Source of the DNA: Arenicellales bacterium
GTDB lineage: Bacteria; Pseudomonadota; Gammaproteobacteria; Arenicellales; JAJDZL01
Assembly: GCA_965213865.1 (NCBI GenBank)
Contig: OZ243928.1
Coordinates: 2,106,828-2,170,827, forward strand
DNA: 64,000 bases
Reading direction: 5' to 3'
In this document: piece after piece, positions 1 to 9,656 of the stretch
Layout: every line of letters starts with the position of its first letter
How positions within the stretch are numbered: the stretch's first letter is position 1
The notes under the pieces: model-generated
What the model saw: only the letters and a program-made list of their open reading frames with translations
Told to the model about the DNA's origin: nothing
The model's database searches: none
Made by a program: the position numbers and the translations under genes

Positions 1-789
1 TCACCGGCGGCAGCGCCTTCAACATCAAGGCGGAATCCCTGCGGCTGGGGGATTTCACCGCGGCCGAGACCCGCGCCCTGCTGCTCCAGCACACCGAAGA
101 GACCGGACAGCCGTGGAGCGAGGCGGCCCTGGAAGAAGTGTGGAACTCCACCGCCGGCCAGCCGTGGCTGGTCAATGCGCTGGCAGACGAGGCGCTGGCA
201 AAGGTGAGGGACCGCAGTGTCACCCTCGGGCGCCATGATGTGATCGATGCCCGGGAGGCGCTGATCCGGCGCCGCGACACGCATCTGGACCAGCTGGCCG
301 ACAAGCTGCGCGAGGGACGCGTCAAGCGGGTCATCGAGCCTTTGGTCAGCGGCGCCGCGACCGGCGCTTTCCAGCCCGACGATGTGCAGTACTGCGTGGA
401 TCTGGGGCTGGTCACCGCGACCCCGCAGATCGCCGTTGCCAATGCCATCTACCGCGAGGTCATCCCGCGCGAGCTGATCGCGTCCAATGACCTGGCATTG
501 GCGTATCAGACCGCCTGGTTTGTCGAGGGCGGGAAACTGATCATGGACAAGCTGATGGCATCGTTCCAGGCGTTCTTCAGAGAGCGCTCCGAGCACTGGG
601 TGGAGCGCTTTGACTGCAAGGAGGCGGGGCCGCAGCTGGTGCTGCAGGCGTTCCTGCAGCGGGTGGTCAACGCCGGCGGGCGGCCATCTGGTGGTCTTCG
701 ACCGCTCGGAGCAGCGCTCCTGGGATGAGAAGGTGTTCCGGCGCGAGGCCTCAGCCGGCGGCCGCCAGGTGACCGTCTGGGGCATGTGA
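1..789 (+). pseudogene. AAA-ATPase-like / PD-(D/E)XK (PDDEXK_9-type) family protein, 5'-partial at window edge, internally deleted and frameshifted
   Basis: Frame 3 is open from the window edge through 728 (..FNIKAESLRLGDFT..GQPWLVNALA..LQAFLQRVVNAGG). The family-typical C-terminus HLVVFDRSEQRSWDEKVFRRE..VTVWGM* is present in frame 1, ending at 789. The nuclease core that normally separates these two parts is missing. Confidence 0.55.
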
Positions 790-1193
790 GAAAAGAAAAT
801 TGCAACGACTTGGGCGCCAATCTGAATCGCATGCTTTAATCTATTTGCTTTGACGCCAGCTGTGCCGCTCTGCCCAGTCCTGCGGGTGAAGATGCTTTCT
901 AGTCAAAATTTCTGAGCTTCCGAAGCCGGCATTATCAGAAACATTAGGAAATAAAAATCACAAGTAATTGATGATATTTAGGTATAAGATTTTTTTCTTC
1001 CAATAATGGAAGTTTCAGCAGTGCAGAGACGGTGACTGACAGGAGACATTTATCTGGCGCTGGAACCAGGGGATGGATACCTCCAAATCGTCCCGTACGC
1101 CCTATTCAGAGAACAGGGAAATCGCTATTCAGCGTATCAATTGTGGTAACATTAGCCGCCTAATTACGAACCTCATTCTTGGTGGTGAAATTC

Positions 1194-1598
1194 ATGGAAT
1201 TTTTTATTGCTGATGCATTGGCACAAACGGGTGGAGAAGCCGGTGGCGGCTTCATCAGCTTGATTCCACTCGTTCTGATATTTGTTCTGTTTTATTTTCT
1301 GTTAATCCGTCCGCAGCAGAAAAAAACGAAAATGCATAAACAAATGGTCGAATCGCTGCAAACCGGCGATGAGGTTGTGACCAATGGCGGCACTTTAGGC
1401 AAAATCAAATCCGTTGACGATAATTTCATCGGCCTTGAGGTGGCTGCCGGTGTAGTCGTTCAGGTACAGCGCATGGCGATTGCGCAAGTGGTGCCGCAAG
1501 ACACATTGAAATCACCTAATGCCCCCGCATCCGGCGGCAGGAAGAAAAGAAAAAAAGCTCTGACATCAGACTCCGACTCCGCATCAGACTCCGAATAG
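1194..1598 (+). CDS. yajC: preprotein translocase subunit YajC with an unusual basic/Ser-Asp C-terminal tail
   Basis: Contains the YajC core LIPLVLIFVLFYFLLIRPQQKK..GDEVVTNGG..GKI and lies immediately upstream of secD. The ATG at 1194 is preferred over the TTG at 1179. The tail reads GGRKKRKKALTSDSDSASDSE. Confidence 0.85.
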   Translation: MEFFIADALAQTGGEAGGGFISLIPLVLIFVLFYFLLIRPQQKKTKMHKQMVESLQTGDEVVTNGGTLGKIKSVDDNFIGLEVAAGVVVQVQRMAIAQVVPQDTLKSPNAPASGGRKKRKKALTSDSDSASDSE

Positions 1599-3485
1599 AT
1601 GAATCTGAATCACTGGTGGCGATATCTGATTATCGCTGCCGTAATCGTTCCGGGCATTCTCTACGCATTGCCGAATTTATTCGGCGATGATCCGGGTGTG
1701 CAAGTCCGCGCCGCGCGGACCACCGCAGTCAGCACATTCTTATTGTCCCAAGTTGAGCAGGTCCTTGAGCGGGAGCAGATCGAGACTCTCGGCACGATTG
1801 CCGACGACAAAGGGGTTCGCGTCCGTTTCGCAAATACCTCAGATCAACTCGCTGCCAGAGACAGGCTGCAGGAAACTTTGGGCAATCAGTACACGGTTGC
1901 TCTGACCTTGGTGCCGTCCTCTCCTGGCTGGATCAATTCGCTTGGCCTTGCGCCAATGTACTTGGGCCTGGATTTGCGTGGCGGAGTTCACTTTTTGATG
2001 GAAGTGGATCTGGATAGTGCGGTTGCGCGGGCCGAAGAACGCTATGTTGATACGCTGCGGAGCATCTTGCGCGAGCAGCGTGTGCGCTACGCATTTGTGC
2101 GCCGCAGCGAAGACGGCGGGATTGAGATCAAATTCAGAGACAATGCTCCGCTGAGCGCGGCTCAAGATGTCATTGATGATGAGCTCCCGGAATTAGAGAT
2201 TCGTGATTTCGAGCGGGACGGAGAGTTGTATCTCCAAGCGACGATTGCTGAAAGCGAAACGGATGAGCTGAAGCGTTTTGCAGTCGAGCAGAATATCGTC
2301 GCGCTGCGCAATCGGATTGATGAATTGGGTGTTGCCGAGCCGGTTGTCCAGCGCCAAGGCAATAATCGAATCGTAGTGCAATTGCCTGGAGTGCAGGATA
2401 CAGCGAGAGCCAAGCGCATTCTCGGCCGCACCGCTACATTGGAAATTCGCCTGGTCGATGAGGAGCATGATCATTCGGCCGCCGCCAGCGGCGCTGTCCC
2501 GCTGGGGTCAAAACTCTATTCGATGCGTGATGGCAGTCCGATCCTGCTGAAAAACTCCCTGGTCTATTCGGGTGAGAACATCGTTGATGCGGCCGCCAGC
2601 ATTGATACGCTGACCGGCGGCCCGATTGTCAGTATTACGCTGGATGCCCGCGGCGCTGCCATCAATCAGAAAGTAACCGGTGAGAACATAGGCCGCCGCA
2701 TGGGGGTCATTTATCTTGAAACCCGCTCCGAAGTTCAGCGTGATCAGCAAGGTCTGGCGGTACTTGACGACAATGGCAATCCGGTTCGAGTCAAAGAGGT
2801 GATCGAGGAAGTGATCACAGCGCCAGTCATCCGCGATCAGCTCGGCCGGCGCTTCCAGATTGAGGGACTGGACAGCGTGACCGAGGCGCGAGATCTGGCG
2901 CTGCTGCTGCGTGCCGGCGCTTTGGCCGCACCGATTGACATCATCGAGGAAAGGACTGTCGGTCCAAGTCTCGGGCAGCAAAACATTGCCAAGGGACTGC
3001 AGTCGGTGATTGTGGGCTTTTTGATCGTTTTGGTGTTCATGATCATTTACTATCGGGTGTTTGGTCTGGTAGCGAATCTTGCGCTGGGTTTGAATCTGGT
3101 GCTGATTGTCGCGGTCTTGTCCGGGCTGCAGGCAACTTTGACTCTGCCCGGTGTTGCCGGCATTGTTCTGACGGTCGGTATTGCGGTTGATGCGAACGTA
3201 CTGATTTTTGAGCGTATTCGTGAAGAGCTGCGGAATCGCAACACCCCGCAGACCAGCATCGCGGCAGGCTACGAAAAGGCATTCTCAACCATCGTTGATG
3301 CCAATATCACCACCTTGATTGCGGCCATTGTGCTGTTTAATTTCGGCACCGGACCGATTAAGGGTTTTGCCGTGACGCTGGCTATCGGCATCGTGACCTC
3401 AATGTTCACCGCGATCCTGGTAACGCGGACTGTTGTGAATCTGGTTTACGGCGGTCGTCGGCGGGTTGCAGAGCTGCGCATCTAG
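1599..3485 (+). CDS. secD: protein translocase subunit SecD
   Basis: 628 aa with a large periplasmic domain and a C-terminal six-helix bundle (GLQATLTLPGVAGIVLTVGIAVDANVLIFERIREE). Follows yajC in the conserved yajC-secD-secF order. Confidence 0.95.
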   Translation: MNLNHWWRYLIIAAVIVPGILYALPNLFGDDPGVQVRAARTTAVSTFLLSQVEQVLEREQIETLGTIADDKGVRVRFANTSDQLAARDRLQETLGNQYTVALTLVPSSPGWINSLGLAPMYLGLDLRGGVHFLMEVDLDSAVARAEERYVDTLRSILREQRVRYAFVRRSEDGGIEIKFRDNAPLSAAQDVIDDELPELEIRDFERDGELYLQATIAESETDELKRFAVEQNIVALRNRIDELGVAEPVVQRQGNNRIVVQLPGVQDTARAKRILGRTATLEIRLVDEEHDHSAAASGAVPLGSKLYSMRDGSPILLKNSLVYSGENIVDAAASIDTLTGGPIVSITLDARGAAINQKVTGENIGRRMGVIYLETRSEVQRDQQGLAVLDDNGNPVRVKEVIEEVITAPVIRDQLGRRFQIEGLDSVTEARDLALLLRAGALAAPIDIIEERTVGPSLGQQNIAKGLQSVIVGFLIVLVFMIIYYRVFGLVANLALGLNLVLIVAVLSGLQATLTLPGVAGIVLTVGIAVDANVLIFERIREELRNRNTPQTSIAAGYEKAFSTIVDANITTLIAAIVLFNFGTGPIKGFAVTLAIGIVTSMFTAILVTRTVVNLVYGGRRRVAELRI

Positions 3486-3487
3486 GG

Positions 3488-4489
3488 ATGAATTCGATGG
3501 AACTCATTAAAGCAAACTTGAATTTTGATTTTCTAAGCCGCAGACGGGTTGCTGCGATTGTCTCGTCTGTGATCATCGCAGCCGGCATCGGCTCGATGCT
3601 CATTCAAGGCATCAATTGGGGGCTTGACTTCACAGGCGGCACATTGGTCGAAGTGCGCTACGCTGAGCAAGTGGGTGTTGAAGAGCTTCGGCAGCAGCTG
3701 ACTGATTCAGGTTTCGAGAACGCAACCGTCCAGTATTTTGGCACCACGCGGGATGTCATGGTACGCATTCCAACCGCGGAGCGAAGCGGCAATGCCGCGC
3801 AGCTGAGCTCTGAGCTGGTCGAGTCGCTGCGGGCTCCATACTCAGAAACACTGATCGAGACCGCAGCTGAGAACGTACAGAACTGTCGGAAAGCTGATCA
3901 GTCTGTGGATGAGTGTTTTGTGCAAATGCGCCGAGTTGAGTTTGTCGGCCCCAAGGTCGGGCAGGAATTGACGGAGCAAGGCGGCTTGGCGATGATTTAT
4001 GCGCTGATCGGGATATTGATTTATGTCGCCTGGCGTTTTGAGTGGCGTTTTGCGGTCGGTGCAGTGGCTGCGCTGGTGCATGATGTGCTGGTTACGATTG
4101 GCATTTTTTCAATTTTTCAAATCGATTTTTCACTGGCCGTACTGGCCGCGCTGCTGGCAGTGATCGGGTACTCTCTCAACGACACTATTGTCGTTTTTGA
4201 CCGGATACGGGAAAACTTTCGGCGCAGCAAGCACGGAACTGCGATTGAGATCATGAACCGCTCGATCAACCAGACGCTGCGGCGAACGATATTGACATCG
4301 ATGACAACATTGTTCGTCGTTTTGACTCTGCTGATTTTCGGCAGCGAAGTGATCCGCGGCTTTTCTATCGCCTTGCTGGTCGGTGTGCTGGTTGGAACGT
4401 ATTCTTCCATATTCATTGCAAGTCCTGTGGTTCTGGGACTGCGCATCTCGCGCACAGATATGGCCATCACGGAGCAGACGCAGAATTAG
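3488..4489 (+). CDS. secF: protein translocase subunit SecF
   Basis: 333 aa containing GLDFTGGT and the motif YSLNDTIVVFDRIREN. Starts 3 nt after the secD stop. Confidence 0.95.
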   Translation: MNSMELIKANLNFDFLSRRRVAAIVSSVIIAAGIGSMLIQGINWGLDFTGGTLVEVRYAEQVGVEELRQQLTDSGFENATVQYFGTTRDVMVRIPTAERSGNAAQLSSELVESLRAPYSETLIETAAENVQNCRKADQSVDECFVQMRRVEFVGPKVGQELTEQGGLAMIYALIGILIYVAWRFEWRFAVGAVAALVHDVLVTIGIFSIFQIDFSLAVLAALLAVIGYSLNDTIVVFDRIRENFRRSKHGTAIEIMNRSINQTLRRTILTSMTTLFVVLTLLIFGSEVIRGFSIALLVGVLVGTYSSIFIASPVVLGLRISRTDMAITEQTQN

Positions 4490-4595
4490 ATAATCTCCCA
4501 GTCGGGCGCAGACGCAATCCACACTGGCACTTTGCCAGATCCAATTTGCGGACTGCGACTGGCGGCTGAAGGCGCTCCGGCCCTGTATTTCATCA

Positions 4596-5723
4596 ATGGC
4601 AAAAACTCAGGTGGATGTGTCGAGGGCCCAAATTGTGAATCAAACCGATCGCGAATATGCAAGGCGCGCACTCGCGCTTGCGAATGAGCCGCTGATCTCT
4701 CCGCACCCCAATCCACGTGTTGGCTGCGTCATCGTCAAGAATCGGCAGATCATCGGCGAGGGCTGTCACGCCAAGGCTGGCACCGCTCATGCTGAGATCA
4801 ATGCGCTTGATTGCTGTTCGGATATTTGTGACAATGCCACCATGTATGTGACCTTGGAGCCTTGCTCAATTACGGGTCGCACCCCGCCTTGCACCAGCCG
4901 CATCATTGAATCGAAAATCCGGCGTGTTGTCGCATGCACTTTAGATCCGAATCCGAAAATCAACGGCACTGGCATTGAAAGATTGCGCAATGCTGGCCTT
5001 GAGGTGGAGGTCGGTCTGTTGGAGCAGGATGCTGAAGAGCTGAATAAGGGTTTCTTCAAGCGGCAGCGGCGGGGCTTGCCGTGGATTACCATCAAAGTCG
5101 CTGCGTCTCTGGACGGGCGCATTGCAGTGAAATCGGGTCACAGCAAATGGATTACGAGCGCGGCATCAAGGCAGGATGCCCAGCGTCTGAGAGCGAGAGC
5201 GGCCGGATTGCTGACGGGAATCGGGACCGTTGCGGCAGACGACCCGCGTCTGAACTGCAGGGTTCCGGAAGCCGACAGTTCCCTGATTCGCATTGTTGCA
5301 GACAGCTCATTGAGGATATCTCCGCAAGCATCCATGTTTCGCTGTGAGGGTGATGTCCTGATTTTTGCGAAAGAGGGCGTTGATGCCAGGCGAAAATCTG
5401 CGCTGTCGGGACTGGCGAAGGTGATAGAAATCCCATCCGATCACACTGGACTGAGCTGTCTGCATATGATGACTGTATTGGCTGATCAGTTTGAGGTCAA
5501 CGAAGTGCTGGTTGAAGCAGGGCCAGCGCTGGCTGGCTCTTTGCTAGAGCAGCGACTTGCGGATGAAATGGTGATTTATATGTCTCCGTCATTGCTGGGT
5601 CACGAGGCAAAAGCGATGGCTGAGATTCCTGGTATTGAACATTTGGCAGATCGCATTCAAGGACATCTTTCTAATGTGCAGCGCATTGGCAGTGATCTGC
5701 GTATCACCGTTCGAATTAACTGA
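4596..5723 (+). CDS. ribD: bifunctional diaminohydroxyphosphoribosylaminopyrimidine deaminase / 5-amino-6-(5-phosphoribosylamino)uracil reductase
   Basis: Deaminase zinc motifs HAEINAL and TLEPCS..GRTPPC are followed by a reductase half (WITIKVAASLDGRIA). 375 aa. Confidence 0.9.
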   Translation: MAKTQVDVSRAQIVNQTDREYARRALALANEPLISPHPNPRVGCVIVKNRQIIGEGCHAKAGTAHAEINALDCCSDICDNATMYVTLEPCSITGRTPPCTSRIIESKIRRVVACTLDPNPKINGTGIERLRNAGLEVEVGLLEQDAEELNKGFFKRQRRGLPWITIKVAASLDGRIAVKSGHSKWITSAASRQDAQRLRARAAGLLTGIGTVAADDPRLNCRVPEADSSLIRIVADSSLRISPQASMFRCEGDVLIFAKEGVDARRKSALSGLAKVIEIPSDHTGLSCLHMMTVLADQFEVNEVLVEAGPALAGSLLEQRLADEMVIYMSPSLLGHEAKAMAEIPGIEHLADRIQGHLSNVQRIGSDLRITVRIN

Positions 5724-5958
5724 TTTCATGTATGGACTAACACAGTACAATAACTGATGAAAGGCCGTATATTTGCATCCGCATCCGTCGATTTCCCCCG
5801 ATCATCGCCGCATCATGCTGGTGCAATCAGGTTTTCATAGAGTCGCGAAGAAACGAACTAAATCTACAAAATGGTCAGTGGCAGAAGGCAGGCGGAATGC
5901 GAGGCTCAATTCAGGCGCATAGCGCTTGCGGGTCGATGGTCCCGGCGGTCGGTGAGGC

Positions 5959-7215
5959 ATGACTGACTGCAACGTCAAGAATCGGACAATTTTCTGCGAT
6001 GACAATCTGGAGGTCATGCAGGGCATCAATTCCGAGTGCATTGATCTGATCTATCTGGATCCGCCGTTCAGCAAGAACAAGAAATTCACTGCGCCGAGCG
6101 GCTCAAGCGCTGAGGGGGCGGAGTTCAGCGATATATTTCGGAATGAGGATGTCAAGGAAGAGTGGCTGATAACGATTTCAGAAGACCATGCAGAGCTTTA
6201 TCACTATCTCAATGGCGTTAAAGGCGTCGGCAAACCTTTTAATCTCGCCTATCTGGCCTACATGGCAATCCGGCTTATTGAATGCCATCGGGTATTGAAG
6301 TCTAGGGGCAGTGTTTATCTGCATTGTGGCCCGGCGATGAGTCATTATCTGAAGACGACTATGGATTGCATCTTCAGTGAGGGCAATTTTCGCAACGAGG
6401 TGATTTGGCACTATTACAACGGCACCTCAAACATTCGCAGAGCCTATGTGCGCAAGCACGATGTCATTCTTTTTTATGCAAAAGACGCGAAATCTGCGAG
6501 CTTTGATGAGGATGCCGCTCGGGAGCCTTATGCGGCTGACAGCAATTTCGTAAAAAATCCGTCATCTTACCAATCCGTATATTTGCCCAATCCGCTTGGC
6601 AAGCGAATGCATGACGTTTGGCGGATGCCAACCATTAACAACATGGCAAAGGAACGCGCTGGCTACCCCACCCAGAAGCCCCTGGCCCTGCTGGACCGCA
6701 TCATCCGGGCATCCAGCAGCGAGGGCGATATGGTGCTGGACCCGTTCTGCGGGTGCGCGACGACCTGCGTGGCCGCCGAGCGTCTGAATCGCCAGTGGAT
6801 CGGCATCGACGTATCGTTCAAGGCTGACGAGCTGGTCCGGGAGCGGCTGACGAGAGAGGCGGCGGATCCGGAGGACTTGCTCAAGTGCCAGAATGAGATC
6901 CACATGCGAACCGATCCGCCCAAGCGCACAGACTTGGATCAAGATCACCGAGAGACAAAATTTGTCTATGTCATATCGCATCCCAGTTATCCAGATGAGT
7001 ACAAGGCCGGCATCGCGAAGAACTGGAAATCCCGCCTGAATGCCTATCAGACTTCAGACCCTGGACGAGAATACAAAATCGAGTTCAAGCTGGAGACGCC
7101 GCTGTTTCGCGAGACTGAGAGGCATGTCCATGACATATTTCCCAACCGGCATGAGTGGGTGCAGGGCGATCTGAAGGATGTTGTCAAAGCAATCAATGAG
7201 TTCAAATCCGAGTGA
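5959..7215 (+). CDS. orphan beta-class N4/N6 DNA methyltransferase fused to a C-terminal T5orf172/MUG113 (GIY-YIG-like) domain
   Basis: Motif IV (DLIYLDPPFSKNKKF) comes first and the AdoMet motif I (VLDPFCGCATTCVAAERLNRQWIGIDVS) comes later, which is the beta-class order. The C-terminal ~90 aa read FVYVISHPSYPDEYKAGIAKNWKSRLNAYQTS..HEWVQGDL, typical of T5orf172. No adjacent restriction gene is present. Confidence 0.8.
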   Translation: MTDCNVKNRTIFCDDNLEVMQGINSECIDLIYLDPPFSKNKKFTAPSGSSAEGAEFSDIFRNEDVKEEWLITISEDHAELYHYLNGVKGVGKPFNLAYLAYMAIRLIECHRVLKSRGSVYLHCGPAMSHYLKTTMDCIFSEGNFRNEVIWHYYNGTSNIRRAYVRKHDVILFYAKDAKSASFDEDAAREPYAADSNFVKNPSSYQSVYLPNPLGKRMHDVWRMPTINNMAKERAGYPTQKPLALLDRIIRASSSEGDMVLDPFCGCATTCVAAERLNRQWIGIDVSFKADELVRERLTREAADPEDLLKCQNEIHMRTDPPKRTDLDQDHRETKFVYVISHPSYPDEYKAGIAKNWKSRLNAYQTSDPGREYKIEFKLETPLFRETERHVHDIFPNRHEWVQGDLKDVVKAINEFKSE

Positions 7216-7322
7216 TTCAGAGTAAAATTTCAAAAGAAAAAAAACCTGCTAGAACATTTATGGCTGTTCAGGTCAGTGTCCGTGGCTGGCAGCAGCCGCA
7301 ATTCGATGTGAATTGCCCTTGA

Positions 7323-7955
7323 ATGGCACAGACCACGATGTTTACAGGAATTATTGAGAGTGTCGCTCGCGTCTGTTCGGTGCACAGGTCGGACGGCGGG
7401 ATGAAGGTCGCGATTGCGGCAGCCGATATTGATGCGCAGAGCATCCGGCTCGGGGACAGCATCGCGGTCGATGGCGTGTGCCTGACTGTGACAGAATTAA
7501 ATTCTGACAGCATGGGTGTTTTTGTGTCTAATGAGACCATTGCCTGCTCGAGGTTTGAGGCCATGGAGGCTGGAAAGACAGTCAATATCGAGCACCCCCT
7601 GACAGTTGACAAAGGTTTGGGCGGACATATTGTGACGGGTCACGTTGACGGTCTGGCGCACTGTGTCGAAGCCAGGCCCGATGGAGATTCAACTTATCTC
7701 GCATTTGAAATCAGTGCAAGACAGAATCTTGGGAGGTTTATTGCCGCGAAGGGCTCGATCGCGATCGATGGAGTCAGCATGACAGTCAATCAGGTTCAGG
7801 ATGTGGCTGCCGGCGCTCGGTTTGCCGTCAATATGATTCCGTTCACTCGCAATTCAACGACCTTGGGGCGATTGCTGGCGGGCGATAAGGTGAATATTGA
7901 GGTCGACATTATGGCTCGCTATGCCCAGCGGGCACTCGCGATTTTGCACACGTAA
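7323..7955 (+). CDS. ribE: riboflavin synthase (alpha chain)
   Basis: Starts MFTGIIE, with the duplicated lumazine-binding halves GDSIAVDGVCLTV and GSIAIDGVSMTV. 210 aa. Confidence 0.9.
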   Translation: MAQTTMFTGIIESVARVCSVHRSDGGMKVAIAAADIDAQSIRLGDSIAVDGVCLTVTELNSDSMGVFVSNETIACSRFEAMEAGKTVNIEHPLTVDKGLGGHIVTGHVDGLAHCVEARPDGDSTYLAFEISARQNLGRFIAAKGSIAIDGVSMTVNQVQDVAAGARFAVNMIPFTRNSTTLGRLLAGDKVNIEVDIMARYAQRALAILHT

Positions 7956-7992
7956 AGACTTTTTCCGATCTAAACGCAGAAGGCTGCAAGAC

Positions 7993-9132
7993 ATGACAGG
8001 CACCCCCATTCCGTTTCCGTCCAGTACCGCAGCGGACATCAGTCCAATTGAAATGCTGATCAAGGATTTCAAACAAGGCAAGATGGTCATTCTTGCTGAC
8101 GATGAGCGACGTGAAAATGAGGGAGATCTGCTCATGGCTGCGCAGTGTGTTGCCCCCGACGATATTAATTTCATGGCGACTCACGGACGCGGATTGATTT
8201 GTCTGTCGATGACTGAGCGGCGGTGTCAGCAGCTGCGATTGCCATTGATGGTCCGCGACAACCAGTCTCGCTTTGCGACTGCATTTACGGTATCCATAGA
8301 GGCGGCTGAAAATGTCTCTACAGGAATTTCAGCAGCTGATCGTGCGACCACGATTCAGGCCGCGGTGGCCCCAGATGCCCAGCCGTCAGATATCGTGACC
8401 CCGGGTCATATCTTTCCGATTATTGCACAACCCGGCGGGGTCCTTACGCGGGCGGGCCATACCGAAGCCGGGACGGACCTTGCGCGGCTTTGCGGATTCG
8501 AGCCGGCCAGTGTATTGTGTGAGATTCTCAACCCTGATGGCTCTATGGCACGGCTTGACGATTTGATGGTGTTCGGCAAGCAGTATGGGATTCGAACTGG
8601 CACTATTGCAGACTTGATTCGATACCGAATGGAAACAGAATCGACTGTCACGCGCGCTCAGAAAAAAACGCTCGAAACCGAATACGGCTCCGTCACAGCG
8701 ATATCCTACAGCGATGAAGTGCGCGGCGCCACACACCTGGCTTTGGTTCACGGTGAAATCAAGCGTGATCAGGCGACTCTGCTGCGCGTCCAGATCTTCT
8801 CAGGGCTCTACGAAGTGATTGACTCTGTGACCCCGGGCAGAAATTCATGGTCCACCCGAAAAGCCTTGCAGAAAATCATTGAGCAAGGGGCCGGTGCGGT
8901 GATTATTCTGAATTATGAGCAGGATTACAGCAGCTTGTCTGATGTCTTTGGCGAGCGCCCGACCGAGCGCGACCGCGGCAACAGTCATGATATTCGCATT
9001 ATTGGCATTGGCAGTCAGATCGCTGTCGATCTGGGGTTCGGCAAGCTCAAGGTTCTGGGACATCCGCAAATTCTTCACGGTCTGGCGGGGTACGGGCTGG
9101 AAGTGACTGAATATATCCCCCCGCAGGATTAA
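7993..9132 (+). CDS. ribB: 3,4-dihydroxy-2-butanone-4-phosphate synthase fused to a degenerate GTP cyclohydrolase II-like domain (RibBX type)
   Basis: The DHBP synthase core is present (DDERRENEGDL..ATHGRGLICL..GHIFP..RAGHTEA). The C-terminal GCHII-like half lacks the three zinc-ligand cysteines. The ATG at 7993 is preferred over the 7897 start of the ORF track, which overlaps ribE. Confidence 0.88.
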   Translation: MTGTPIPFPSSTAADISPIEMLIKDFKQGKMVILADDERRENEGDLLMAAQCVAPDDINFMATHGRGLICLSMTERRCQQLRLPLMVRDNQSRFATAFTVSIEAAENVSTGISAADRATTIQAAVAPDAQPSDIVTPGHIFPIIAQPGGVLTRAGHTEAGTDLARLCGFEPASVLCEILNPDGSMARLDDLMVFGKQYGIRTGTIADLIRYRMETESTVTRAQKKTLETEYGSVTAISYSDEVRGATHLALVHGEIKRDQATLLRVQIFSGLYEVIDSVTPGRNSWSTRKALQKIIEQGAGAVIILNYEQDYSSLSDVFGERPTERDRGNSHDIRIIGIGSQIAVDLGFGKLKVLGHPQILHGLAGYGLEVTEYIPPQD

Positions 9133-9645
9133 GTGCGGCCGATGATGAGCGAAGACAGCGCAGGCTTGCCGGCCGGCGAGATTGAAATGTACGGCAATCT
9201 CAGCGTCAGCATAGGGATTGTGATCGCTGATTTCTATTCTGAAATATCCGAGCGTCTGCTGGGCGGTGCGGTTGAGGTTCTTAACGCGCATCCAAAAGTC
9301 TCCTACGAAACGTTTCGCGTCTCTGGAGCCTGGGAATTGCCAGTCATCACCAAGTCGCTCATGCAGAGCAGCCGCTTTCATGGCATGATTGCCATCGGCT
9401 GCGTGATTCGCGGCGAGACAGATCATTATGAATACATTTGCCAGCAGGCCGCCAGCGGTCTGATGGCAGTGAGTTTGGAGTACACCCTGCCCGTCGGGCT
9501 TGCATTGCTGACCGTTGGCAGCGAAGAACAGGCCTTGGCGCGCAGCCTTCAAAAGAATCGGCCGCACTGCAATAAAGGCGCAGAGGCCGCCGAGGCGGTC
9601 CTGCGTTCCATTTATTGCCACGCTGAAATTCGCCAGGAAAGCTGA
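9133..9645 (+). CDS. ribH: 6,7-dimethyl-8-ribityllumazine synthase
   Basis: Contains VSGAWELPV..IAIGCVIRGETDHYEYI..LTV..EQA and sits in the ribBA-ribH-nusB position. The start is uncertain; in-frame ATGs occur at 9142, 9145 and 9187. Confidence 0.8.
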   Translation: MRPMMSEDSAGLPAGEIEMYGNLSVSIGIVIADFYSEISERLLGGAVEVLNAHPKVSYETFRVSGAWELPVITKSLMQSSRFHGMIAIGCVIRGETDHYEYICQQAASGLMAVSLEYTLPVGLALLTVGSEEQALARSLQKNRPHCNKGAEAAEAVLRSIYCHAEIRQES

Positions 9646-9656
9646 CACTGAGCCAG

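Noticed and set aside
7216-7322. FMN riboswitch (RFN element) upstream of ribE, ribBA or ribD.
   Set aside because: I could not find the conserved RFN core in the intergenic regions 4490-4595, 7216-7322 or 7956-7992. Absence cannot be proven without a covariance-model scan.
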